From the NCBI GenBank assembly GCA_000165345.1, contig CM000435.1, forward strand, positions 384,001-448,000: DNA of 64,000 nt. The letters are read 5' to 3'. The notes beneath the pieces are model-generated. The model had not been told where the DNA came from. It worked only from the letters and a program-made list of their open reading frames with translations, and searched no databases. Below, piece after piece: positions 9,422 through 20,200 of the stretch. The position numbers were made by a program, and so were the translations under genes. Positions within the stretch are counted from its first letter, which is position 1. Every line of letters begins with the position of its first letter.

Positions 9422-11944
9422 ATGGAAGAAGGATATGATTGGGACCAAATTAGCAGCTTCCAAATAGTGGATGGAATGAATATTTCAAGTTCATCATTAT
9501 TGGATGATGAGCTATTGATAACGTCGCCAGATTCATCAAATAATGGTAATAGTGTTTCATTGGAGCAAAGAGAATTCTCCAGACCAATTTGTTCGCCTCT
9601 TTCACAGTTTTTGGTAGGCTCTGACGGATCTAATTCAAAAAATGTAGGTCAGAAACATTTTTCACAACACCAACATACTAATAGTGCCGGTGGTGCTGGT
9701 GGAAGTAACTTTAACTTAAATAACAGCCATTCTTCAATTGTTGGTGAGTCTCAGCATTATGGATTACAATCTGGGTTAACAAACTCTGGAAATAATATTA
9801 GAGATAACTCAATATATAATACTGGATATCAATTTAATGATACTGAAAAGATTTCCACAACTGAAAAGGAATTTACTAAACGTAAACGTCCATATAGTAA
9901 TAATAGTAACAACAATATCAATGTTGGTAGTAACTCATCCAATAGAATTGGTAACTGTACTCAAAATAGTTTATCTGGAATTACCAGATCTGTTATGGGT
10001 ATTGGCGGAATTGGAGCAGGAGTTACAAATAACTCATTAACTAAGACTCCTAGCAAGACTCGTACCAGAAAAGTGCGAGAAAGTTCGGATGATTTTGGAA
10101 ATTCTTCAAGCGGACCGTCAGTTCATTCAAAGTCTGGCTACTCTTCAAATTCATCAGGAGAAAGTTGTTCTTTTGGCTCATCTTCAAATGTTTCTGAAGA
10201 CCTTAATTCTGTTAAGTATTATGAAGGATTTAAGCTACCTCTCGGAGACCTTGGAAGAAAAATGCTTCTTAAGAAATTGCGTGAAATACATACTCAAAAC
10301 CCAACGAAAATGGAGAAAGCTCTTACTGACCATGGACTTTCTTATACAAGAATTAGATTCGCAAGTGTCCAACAACTTTTCAAAATCTCTTATGTATGCG
10401 ATGTATTTGACTATGCTCTGAGCATACATTGTGAATTTGGAAGGCCAAGACATAGAGATTCTTCCAAAAGTGTCCAACTCTCCTCTGTAAATTCAAATTC
10501 AAATATGATGCAACAACAATCGCACTCAAATATATCATCCAGAAGAGTATTAGATTCTCAACAACATAACAATGGACTCGGTGGAGGAGCTGCAGTACAA
10601 GGAGGTATTTCTGAAAAATTTGAATCGCATTCTTCTATCGGCAATACAAATGGAGGAGTTATTCCAAGAGGACAAGGTCTTTTGGATGATTCTTCAAAAG
10701 TATTAGGAAAACTTGAGACTGATTTAGATACTTACACACCAGAAACATCCCCGTGTAGTCATCGATCATATTCCTCCAGTAAAAGTCTTTATTCAAAGGA
10801 TTCGAGCTTGATTTCTAATACACCATTAAACAAGATTGAACATGATATTACTTCACCAATTTCAATATTCTCCACTACAAGTGGTTCACCAGCCTCACAA
10901 AGAAAAAGAAGAGGATCTGCAAAGTCAAGTTATAATTTCTCACCTCCCCCTATTCCCGTTACAAACTCTCCAATACAATCAGGAGACCCAAAAGATATAT
11001 CTTCCTTGAATCCAGAGCTCTCTAACTTTATGAATAACCAGAACCTAATTAATTATAACATAATTCAAGGTAATGTATCCAATAATAATATGAATGGAAA
11101 CTCATCTGTTTCAGGATTTAGTACACAAAGTGATGTTTGTACCAGCCATTTTCCTGATCATCAGCAGCAACTTCACCATAATATTGGCCATTATAACAAT
11201 ATAAATAACCACATTCAAAATGGAGGCCGAGCTCCTCACCATCCTCCTCCTTCGTACCATAAGAAACACGAAGAACATGAACCTTTGGATTCGATGATTT
11301 CTATGAATAGCGGCTCAGATAGTGTTCTACAAAAGCCAGCAAAAAGACAAAAGATTAGGTCCAAAAAGAAGAATGCTTTGGCAGATATTAGAAGTGAGCC
11401 TCCAACACAGGCAACTTATTCTTATTCCAGCTCAACTCAGCCTGGAATAAATAATGGCTCGAGTATATTTGTCTGCGGAGATATTGATGAGATTTACTGT
11501 ACCTCAACAATTAACACTGAAGTTACCCCCTTTTACCAACCAGAATCGGAGATTGCTCACCTTGGTGAATTCGAGACATCTCATCATAGTCATAATTATC
11601 ATAACCATCACCAAGATTCAATCCATTTTATTTCTTCAACTGAATCACATGACCAGAATATTCCAATTTGTTCAGCATTTGGATCACCCTTTGATTCTTC
11701 TTTAATTATTAGCTCTTCCCTGGATACTGAAAGCTCCCAAAATTCTGGAATTATTACATGTGATAGCCCAACATCATTTTACCTGTATTCACAACCAAAT
11801 ATCTCTTCCAATTATGATGAATATATGGATTCTTCTTGTCTCAATGGATTCCTTACTCAGGGCTTAAATTCTATAGAAATGCTTAATTCGAGCGAGCTAG
11901 AAATGGACAACTTTGACATTGGATGTCCTTTAATTTCAATTTAA
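9422..11944 (+). CDS. Large low-complexity protein, S/N/G/Q-rich, with a short ordered island around residues 270-345. Function unknown.
   Basis: Intronless 840-aa ORF. Composition is dominated by Ser, Asn and homopolymeric runs. The island reads KYYEGFKLPLGDLGRKMLLKKLREIHTQNPTKMEKALTDHGLSYTRIRF. A purine-rich 5' flank precedes it. Confidence 0.55.
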   Translation: MEEGYDWDQISSFQIVDGMNISSSSLLDDELLITSPDSSNNGNSVSLEQREFSRPICSPLSQFLVGSDGSNSKNVGQKHFSQHQHTNSAGGAGGSNFNLNNSHSSIVGESQHYGLQSGLTNSGNNIRDNSIYNTGYQFNDTEKISTTEKEFTKRKRPYSNNSNNNINVGSNSSNRIGNCTQNSLSGITRSVMGIGGIGAGVTNNSLTKTPSKTRTRKVRESSDDFGNSSSGPSVHSKSGYSSNSSGESCSFGSSSNVSEDLNSVKYYEGFKLPLGDLGRKMLLKKLREIHTQNPTKMEKALTDHGLSYTRIRFASVQQLFKISYVCDVFDYALSIHCEFGRPRHRDSSKSVQLSSVNSNSNMMQQQSHSNISSRRVLDSQQHNNGLGGGAAVQGGISEKFESHSSIGNTNGGVIPRGQGLLDDSSKVLGKLETDLDTYTPETSPCSHRSYSSSKSLYSKDSSLISNTPLNKIEHDITSPISIFSTTSGSPASQRKRRGSAKSSYNFSPPPIPVTNSPIQSGDPKDISSLNPELSNFMNNQNLINYNIIQGNVSNNNMNGNSSVSGFSTQSDVCTSHFPDHQQQLHHNIGHYNNINNHIQNGGRAPHHPPPSYHKKHEEHEPLDSMISMNSGSDSVLQKPAKRQKIRSKKKNALADIRSEPPTQATYSYSSSTQPGINNGSSIFVCGDIDEIYCTSTINTEVTPFYQPESEIAHLGEFETSHHSHNYHNHHQDSIHFISSTESHDQNIPICSAFGSPFDSSLIISSSLDTESSQNSGIITCDSPTSFYLYSQPNISSNYDEYMDSSCLNGFLTQGLNSIEMLNSSELEMDNFDIGCPLISI

Positions 11945-12622
11945 CAAAGTTCATTAACTTCTCAAAAACCGTCTGTCGTTTTGATAGACATTAATTATTA
12001 CTGCAATACTCTTTTGGTAATAATGATAACCTTTTATATCCAGTTTAATCTTAACTTCGAATACTTCTTCCTCATCCAAATCAAATTAATAGTTTTTAAG
12101 CTTTTGAGATAAATAATTTATGTACATATTTCTATATTCATTACGTCATCCCGATTATTATAATGCTTTTGAAAATATTATATATTTTAATATTCAAGTT
12201 TTGGAGCAATATAAGCACTAATTTGCTGTTATTTGCTTGCGCTCTTTTCCATTGAGAGGAAACTTGAAGCTTTGAAATTTTGGTCTCCACAATTATTTAA
12301 CGATTCAGTTGCTTTGGAAGAGTTAATTAACCCTCTTCGAGGGTCAACTAATTGCAGAAAATTTCTCTTTGCCTCTGCAAAATAAAAAAAAACAAAGGCC
12401 AACACATTTTTTTGCTATTTTTTATTTTTCTCTCTTTTTTTTCATTTTTATATGTAAAATATTCATTTTTGTGAATTTTAAGCATTCCCAATTCTTAAAT
12501 TGAACGTTATTGCTTTTTAATATTTTTTTCAAGGTTTTAAGTTAAAGGGGGATACAAACCAAAGATTAAATTGTAAATCAATATTAATTTATGCTTAAAA
12601 TCGACATAGTGGAAACAAAACT

Positions 12623-13402
12623 ATGTCTGATTCACAGAAACTGGATTCCAGGTACCTGAAAATACTGATTTCAGCAATTCTAATCATTGGTCCTTGTATT
12701 CTGTACTTTATTTCAACATCAAAATGGCTTTTTATGCAACATAATTACTTGTTAATTACCTTGAGTTATATACTTTTCATAATTATGACAACTTCCATGG
12801 TATTTACGTTTTTGAAAAATCCTGGAGTAATAATATCACAATCCAAGCTCAGCAATCCACCTTGCTCCATAGATTTACAGATTAATGCACAGATTGTTAA
12901 AGTCAAGTTCTGCTCTAATTGCAAAATTATCAGACCCCCACGAACTGTTCATTGTAATATCTGCAATCATTGCGTAGATAGGTTTGATCATCATTGTCCC
13001 TGGGTAGGAACATGTATCGGTGCAGGAAACTACAAATTGTTTATGTTATTCATCTCAACACTATTTTTACTTGAACTAGCCATGCTTTTGGGGTCATGCA
13101 AAATGGTAAACCATTTTACTTACGAAGCCTCGCATATACTAAATCTGGGAAATTCTACCAAAATCTTTGTTCACACAATGAATCACTCTGCTGGAGCGGC
13201 TGTAGTTATTGGGTTTGCTTGTTTTACCATCCTATTTTCACTTTCTCTCCTTATATTCCACTTGTATATTGGCGCCATGAACAAAACTACTTATGAAGAA
13301 ATTAAAAAACTTTATAGTGAGACTTCAAATCCATGGTATTCTGGAATTTCGAGGAATATAGCTGAGTTGTTTCTAAGTCCATCTCCAAAATTTAATTATT
13401 AG
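12623..13402 (+). CDS. DHHC-type protein S-palmitoyltransferase with four TM segments and a DHHC-CRD.
   Basis: [37 protein letters not shown] is the canonical DHHC cysteine-rich domain. It is flanked by hydrophobic helices. Confidence 0.85.
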   Translation: MSDSQKLDSRYLKILISAILIIGPCILYFISTSKWLFMQHNYLLITLSYILFIIMTTSMVFTFLKNPGVIISQSKLSNPPCSIDLQINAQIVKVKFCSNCKIIRPPRTVHCNICNHCVDRFDHHCPWVGTCIGAGNYKLFMLFISTLFLLELAMLLGSCKMVNHFTYEASHILNLGNSTKIFVHTMNHSAGAAVVIGFACFTILFSLSLLIFHLYIGAMNKTTYEEIKKLYSETSNPWYSGISRNIAELFLSPSPKFNY

Positions 13403-13598
13403 TGCGATGATTTGCATTAACTTTAAGTATTCTCATCAAATTGGTTGTTTAAATCAGCGCCAGACTCATCCATTTTAAGCTATTAACAGGTACTTTCATT
13501 CAAAAAGAACATATTTTAATCTTTTTTTTTCTTTAATTAAGATTTTATACTCCATTGAGAAAATTATTAATCAACCATAATAAATCATTATCAACCTT

Positions 13599-13985
13599 GT
13601 GATGGAAACCTCTTATAATGAAGAAACTGGAGAAAAAAACCTTCTTCAACTAAATCTTGCAAACCGAGTTTCTGAAAAACTTGCAAAGACTGGACTTTGG
13701 AAAAATATTAATGTAAAATGGTCACACAATATTCATTTACATATTGTTACTGCTGTTCAAATCTTATTTTCTTCCAAACAGTATCTCAAACTTTCTACCT
13801 TTATTCCTCTCAGCGATTTAGACCATATTGATTCCTCTTTTTTTGAAAATTTGCAACAAGACTCAAAAATCATTCTGCCTTATATCAACTCAAAAATTAG
13901 TCACCATTATGTTCTTGCTATTGTTAGTAGTGATGACGAACTTATACTTCAATCAGTTAACTTTGATCTTAAGAAAATTGTTTGA
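13599..13985 (+). CDS. Hypothetical 128-aa protein.
   Basis: ATG-initiated ORF 196 bp downstream of the DHHC stop. No motif recognised. Coding status is uncertain. Confidence 0.3.
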   Translation: MMETSYNEETGEKNLLQLNLANRVSEKLAKTGLWKNINVKWSHNIHLHIVTAVQILFSSKQYLKLSTFIPLSDLDHIDSSFFENLQQDSKIILPYINSKISHHYVLAIVSSDDELILQSVNFDLKKIV

Positions 13986-14296
13986 TCCCAATTTTTTTAT
14001 TCAATTACTTTAAAATTTATTATGTTTTGCCGTTTTTTTAAAAAATTTGCACAATCATATTATAATATTCTTCCACATGCAAAACATACTTGCATTACCG
14101 GTACTAAAATTATTCACTGTTAACATTTTCATCCACATGGAAAAAAGTAATTATTGCATGCAATATAAAAATAAATACACGTAATGACAGCCAAAATATA
14201 TTCAAAAAAAAGAAACTAAGGAATAAAGATTTTTCTTATATATAATTTAATTAAAAGTTTATAGCAGGGCTAGTAGTAGTTAAGGTTCAAGTTAAA

Positions 14297-14566
14297 TTAC
14301 TTTACATTTGCTAATTTTAGAATTGCTTCCTCATTCTTAAGCTCTAAATCTCTAGTGATGTACTCGAAGTCTCGTTTAATGTCGAAATTATAATCTCTTT
14401 CCAATGGAACCTGTTGAAAAGCAATGATTTAAAATAAATAGTTGAAAAAAAAAATCAAAAAGGTTCATCAATAACTTACCACGTCGTTAAGCTCGCAATC
14501 AATCTTCTCTTCCTGAATCTTCAACAACACCTTCTGAAACTTGGTTGTGGATTCCTCAGAAGTCAT
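14297..14566 (-). CDS. Small 66-aa acidic, coiled-coil-like protein. Two exons: 14566..14480 and 14410..14297. The intron is about 69 bp.
   Basis: MTSEESTTKFQKVLLKIQEEKIDCELNDV | VPLERDYNFDIKRDFEYITRDLELKNEEAILKLANVK. The donor is GTAAGTTATTG and the acceptor is TTTTCAACAG, in phase. Not in the ORF track because its exons are under 60 aa. Confidence 0.35.
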
Positions 14567-14665
14567 GAAACACCTACTTCTTGGCTTATAATTTTTAAAA
14601 ACCAAGTTTTCTTCTTTCATCTTTTACTTTAATTTTTCCCACCCTAAAAATTCTGCAAATCAGAG

Positions 14666-14676
14666 TTGGCGCCAAA
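14666..14676. promoter_or_regulatory. E2F-like palindrome TTGGCGCCAAA in the bidirectional spacer between the 14566 (-) gene and tRNase Z (+).
   Basis: gagttggcgccaaatatg lies about 140 bp upstream of the ATG at 14814 and about 100 bp upstream of the ATG at 14566. Confidence 0.5.
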
Positions 14677-14813
14677 TATGCCTAAGGTCTAAATATACAT
14701 TTTTTTTTTAATAATTAGTCAAAGAAAAAAAAAGAATATCTTCCTTGGTTTCAGTTTCCCATTCATAAAAAATCAAGGAAAAATTGGTGATAATTACATA
14801 TCTCATTTGACTA

Positions 14814-17279
14814 ATGTCTGAGATACACTTCCAACGTATTGGGTCCAAACATCTTCTCTCCCCTCCATCTTTAGTACTTACATATAATGGAAATAAGTGT
14901 TTAATTAATGTTGGTGAAAATGTACAAAGATACTGCTTTGAACATAAAATCAGGCTTTCTAGATTAAGAAATATTCTTCTAACTAATATATCTGTTGAAA
15001 CTATTGGAGGTCTTCCAGGTCTTCTTCTTACATTAATAGGAGTTGGGGTTCAAAAGCTCAGAATTGTGGGGCCAGAACCCATAACTCGTTACTTAATTAT
15101 GTTTGGATATATAATTAGAACTCAGAAAAAGTATGAAAACTCTATAAACACTGTTGTATCTATTAATTCACAAGAATTTCTGGATAACTTTGATGGGATA
15201 AAATCCGATCTAGAAATTGAGATTATTGAGTTAATGCCATCTTCTTCTTCTGAGCCACTCAAACTTGAATTAGATCATGAACTTTTTCTTGAATGCTATC
15301 TAAATCATTCCTTTTCAGGATCTCAGACTTGTTTGGATTTTGAACATAATCAAATTCCAAACTCCAAAAAAAGATGTACCGAAAACTATTTATCTTGTTT
15401 ATCAAATCTATCCATATTGTACATGTTTGAGTTTCCAGAAAAAAGAGGAAAGTTTGATGTTATTAAAGCTAAAGAACTTGGTATTCCTCCAGGTCCTCTA
15501 TATTCCAAACTAAAGAATGGAGAAAGCGTACAAATTTCTGAATCAAGAATTATCCAGCCTAGTGATGTTTGCTCTCCCCCCATCAAGCTACCCTGGTCAA
15601 TCATTTTTCATACCCTAGATCCAACCGAGTTTGACTTCTTCTACTTTAGAATCTCTCAAATTCTCAAATTAAAAGGATTTGATTTAACTGAAACAGCTCA
15701 AAATTCTAGTAATTGCTCAAGTGAACAATACGAATCTTGTTCAAACTTTTATATATTCGAATTCCAAGCTTGTTTTGACTCTTTTTTAGACTTTAATAAC
15801 AATTTCTTAAAGCTTGATTCTTGCTTTATCCAAAATAAGTGTTATCTATCTAAAGGAACTATTAATGTTATAAGGCTAAATGAAAGATTAAATTTACTCA
15901 AAGATCAAGAAATTAACCCTTTTGTGACTTCTCAATTTCTTCAAGAGTTCCTAAGCCATATCTCCCCCAATCTATTTCCTTTACCATCAGCTAAAGTTGA
16001 TGAGTTTACTTGGAACCAACAGTTTTTCATATCATCAAACCAAAAATCTCTTCAAAATACTAACTCCATTGCAAATATACACAAAAAAAAAGCAAAGTTT
16101 GCTCCAATTTCACAAGAATCCGATGATCAAATCTTATTCCTAAAACAAGAATTTCAAGATATTTTTTCCAATTATATAGAAAACAATGAAAAAACACTTT
16201 TTCCTCTTTTATATGTTCTTGGAACAGGATCTGCAATTCCCTCGCCATATAGAAATGTCTCTGGTTACCTTTTACGTCTCGACGATAATACGAGCATGAT
16301 GCTAGACTGTGGGGAAGGCTCTATGTCCCAGCTTTTCATTCTTTGCAAGTTTGATTTTGACTTATTTTCAAAAATTATTGCTTCAATTAAGATCATTTTT
16401 ATTTCTCATCCCCATGAAGACCATTTTTTGGGTATTTTCAACCTTTTAAAACTAAAAAACTCTATCAATATTCAACAAAAAGTTGAAAATAGCTCTGAAT
16501 TAGTCAAAAATGACAATTTCTATCACATAAAATATGATGAAAACCTCCAAAGAGTCCAAGAAGTTTATTTTAATAATGAAATTAAAAGCAAGGATTTTAA
16601 GAACTTGTTAATTATTGGACCAAGAAAGGTAGAAAAGTTATACAATTTATTCCAAGAGAAAATTATACAAGACAAAGGAAATAGAATTAGAAATTGCGAA
16701 ATTTCTTTTATAGCTATAGAAAAGAGAATTAATAAAAGCTTTGATAAAATATCAGATCAAAGCAAACTGGTATTAGATGATTTCTTCTTAAAGCTTGAAC
16801 AATTCCCTGTTAAACATATAAAATCTTCTTATGGAGTAAAAGTAACATTTAAGCTTGAAAATAGTTTGAAAATTAGGGATGGTTATTCATTATTCAAAAT
16901 TGTATTTTCAGGAGATACTGCTACTCCATGTACATCTTTGGAATATGCATCAAAAGACTGTGATATCTTAATACATGAAGCAACTTTTGAGGATAGTTTA
17001 TCCAAAGATGCTCAAGAAAAGAATCATTCAACCATTTCTGGAGCAATAGGAACAGCTTATAATAGTTTAGCAAAGTTCCTTTTACTAACTCACTTTAGTC
17101 AAAGATACTTTAGCATGCCAAAAGTTGAAATGAAGAATGAGGATTTAAAGAGATACTTTTTAAATAACACGCTCTGTATGATGGATTTAATGATAATACC
17201 TTTAAAAATGGTGGGGAAATTAATAGAAAGATTCCACAATTTGAATGATTTAATTAGAGATTATTTGCCACAAGTTTAA
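14814..17279 (+). CDS. ELAC2: tRNase Z long form, an ELAC2-like tRNA 3'-processing endonuclease.
   Basis: Metallo-beta-lactamase HxHxDH motif: FISHPHEDHFLGIFNL. C-terminal motifs: SGDTATPCTSLEY and LLLTHFSQRYF. Intronless 821-aa ORF. Confidence 0.8.
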   Translation: MSEIHFQRIGSKHLLSPPSLVLTYNGNKCLINVGENVQRYCFEHKIRLSRLRNILLTNISVETIGGLPGLLLTLIGVGVQKLRIVGPEPITRYLIMFGYIIRTQKKYENSINTVVSINSQEFLDNFDGIKSDLEIEIIELMPSSSSEPLKLELDHELFLECYLNHSFSGSQTCLDFEHNQIPNSKKRCTENYLSCLSNLSILYMFEFPEKRGKFDVIKAKELGIPPGPLYSKLKNGESVQISESRIIQPSDVCSPPIKLPWSIIFHTLDPTEFDFFYFRISQILKLKGFDLTETAQNSSNCSSEQYESCSNFYIFEFQACFDSFLDFNNNFLKLDSCFIQNKCYLSKGTINVIRLNERLNLLKDQEINPFVTSQFLQEFLSHISPNLFPLPSAKVDEFTWNQQFFISSNQKSLQNTNSIANIHKKKAKFAPISQESDDQILFLKQEFQDIFSNYIENNEKTLFPLLYVLGTGSAIPSPYRNVSGYLLRLDDNTSMMLDCGEGSMSQLFILCKFDFDLFSKIIASIKIIFISHPHEDHFLGIFNLLKLKNSINIQQKVENSSELVKNDNFYHIKYDENLQRVQEVYFNNEIKSKDFKNLLIIGPRKVEKLYNLFQEKIIQDKGNRIRNCEISFIAIEKRINKSFDKISDQSKLVLDDFFLKLEQFPVKHIKSSYGVKVTFKLENSLKIRDGYSLFKIVFSGDTATPCTSLEYASKDCDILIHEATFEDSLSKDAQEKNHSTISGAIGTAYNSLAKFLLLTHFSQRYFSMPKVEMKNEDLKRYFLNNTLCMMDLMIIPLKMVGKLIERFHNLNDLIRDYLPQV

Positions 17280-20200
17280 ACAAACCAAAACACAATCTTT
17301 ATTTTTCTTTGAATCATCGCTTTCAACAATCATACAATCCCAGACATCATAATCTTCAATGATAATTCTTCGGATAAATCCGTTATGTGTTTTTTCTCCA
17401 AGATTATAACTAACTTTAAAGCTGCTTTTTTCTGTAATTTCTTTAATTGATGACTTGAAAATATCCTCTCTAATGATATAAAATGGAGTAGTAGGTCTAA
17501 AATTAAAGATTTCAAAACTCCTTCTTTGCAAATGGCTTAATCTTCCAGCAGGAAGTCCATTATTTTGAGTAATCAAGTCTAATGGTAGGATTAGTGATAT
17601 ATATCTTGTCTCATTTTGAGATTCTTGATCGTAACTTAAGTTCTTTTTAATAAATGTCTCACGGGACTCAGCAATAGTAAAAGTAGAATCTGCAATCATA
17701 GCATCCCTGTAGGAGTTTGACAGGTTATTATTTTTGATTCTATTAGAAGTTCTTTTTCTCGAAAAGTGTTCAATATTGAGATGCTGAATGTTTTCAAAGC
17801 TTTCCTTCAAATTATCTACTAACTCAACAAGCTCATCTGTACAAGATGAATTTAAACGAGGAGTAACCTGGCAATTAATTAAAATGAAAGGGTAAATAGT
17901 GACTTCATTATCTTCTTGGGTGTTGTTGTTAGAGTCAATTTCAGCTGACTGATTATTATTGGCTAGATTCCCTACATTGTAACATATATTCATAACTTTG
18001 ATTTTCTCAATATTTGCCATATGAGCAGGTATTTCAGTGAATTTTTCAATAAATCTAAGCATTGCACCATTTACTTTTCTATTTTTTGTTAAAATTGAAT
18101 TCATCCAAGAAAGATTAACCAAGAAATGCCCAGATTTGAAATAATAGAATTGATCCATTTGATCTGGAATTTGTTTCTCAATATAATCAAGTTTTTTTTC
18201 ATAATTCTTTCCAATAATGGAAATAAACTCTTCTTTATTATAGACAAAACCACTTCTAGAAGTAAGAATTGAGTCTTGGTTAAAGCCTGATAGTTCATAA
18301 CTTATACTTCCTCCAGTAGAAATAGTAATCAAATCACTAGGAACAATACTTTGCATCCATATTTTCAAATAAGCAGCAATGATTGAGATTCTCTTATTGA
18401 AAGAGGATGTAATAATATCTCCCAAAGGAATTTGAGTTTCTCCTTCAGGAGGATGAATACCACCTAAAGCATCCAACTCCCGTATCCACAAAGAATGCTT
18501 CTGAGATGTTTGTTTATCTAATTGAATGCCAAATGTTTCAAGAGAATCCATTGTAGTTTCGCAAATTTGCTTAATCAAAATAGTTATTTGCTTGAAGGTT
18601 TCTTGTGATGAATAGTATGTAACATCCACTCCTTTAGTAAATTGGCCAAATACTTGAGTAGATAGAGCAAAGATTTTGTCTAAGATTGAAAAATGAGTTT
18701 GAGTGTCATTATTGGCGCAAACAACCATAGGAAGGGTGATTTTAAGATAAATAGTTGTGATTTCCTTTATTATGTTTATGACAGAGAAATAAAAGAACTG
18801 TTTTTCTTGATCAATCCTGAGCAGTGATATGTTAAAAGGAACAAAAACTGGCTTGTTATTGCCAATACATTCTTGTACATATTTAGCAGAATTGAATGTT
18901 TCATGCTCAAACTCTTTTCCATTGAATGCGCTTTTTAGCTTAAGTTTCAGTTGGAACTCACAAAAATGATCTTCACAAAGAGAATTGATCAATGTTTCTA
19001 TCTCTTTCTTCTTACTCACAAACTTATAGTTTGGCTCGGTAGATTTAACCACAGGCTTTGATGAGATTGTTGCTGAGGTTGAATTCAATCTCAAAAAGTT
19101 TTGAATTTCAGCAACTTCTGGAGTAGAAACCAAATTATAAGGTAAGTTTCCTTCAGCTGATAAAGTACATAGAGGATTTGTGCAAGGAGTGGAATGAGAG
19201 ATATATTTATTGTTAAGACCTTCCATACAACTTGAAACAATAATGACCGATTTATATAATGTATTTTGTGTATTTATATTATTAAACAAAAAGTACTTGT
19301 TAGAGAATCGATCCACACCAATAAAATTATCATTTCTCCCAATGTTGATCTTCTTTTTCTGACTATTAAATGCATTATCAATGAATTCTTTGCCTATCTT
19401 TCCACTTCCAAGAGTATCAATCGACCAATTTAGAATTTCAAAGAACGATTCACTATTTAAAGCGCATAAGGAGTTGTTTTTGTCTTGTTTTTTTGATTGA
19501 GACGGTGAGTTTTGATTTGGTGTAATATCGCAAGATTCCATTTTTGTTTCTTCTACTATTAACTGTTCCCCACTATTATAATCATCAAAAGTACTTTCGT
19601 CCAAATAGTCACTAAGTTCATTCATACTAGACTCGTTCATCTTTGCAAGGAGCAAATCCAAAATTACAGGCCAAGATACGCAATCAATAGAGGATTTATT
19701 GATACTTAAAGTATCCAAAAGTTTAAGTTTGATTTCAGAACTCTTTAAATCAGACTCTGAATCAGAATGCTCGGAGTCATTTCTAAATGAAGAGTAACTT
19801 CTTTTGATGCTTGGACTGGTTTTTACTGTTTGGCTGGAATCTTCTGTATTATTTTTCTTTAAGTTAAAAACTTTCTCAGAAATGGCATTAACAAGGCACT
19901 TAATTGTCGAAAATAATGTGTTTTGAGGAAAAGCCTGAACTACTTTAATCAAACTACAAAGTCCTTCTTGACTAATTAAACCAGAAGCTCTTTCTTCTCT
20001 TAATTTTCCAATAACTTTGTTCAGTTCCAAATATACTTGATTTAAAATTTCCAGTGAAATGCATTTTGATTTTTCCAGAACAAAACTCTTTGATTGGAAT
20101 GACTGAATACTAAGTAGTGAACTTGAATAAATCGGTAATTCTAAGAAATCACCAAATGAGTGACAGAAGTCCGAAATCTTGAGTATTTTCTGACAAGTCC

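Noticed and set aside
9837-10477. Small ORFs on both strands inside the 9422..11944 gene.
   Set aside because: They are spurious frames within AT-rich low-complexity coding sequence.
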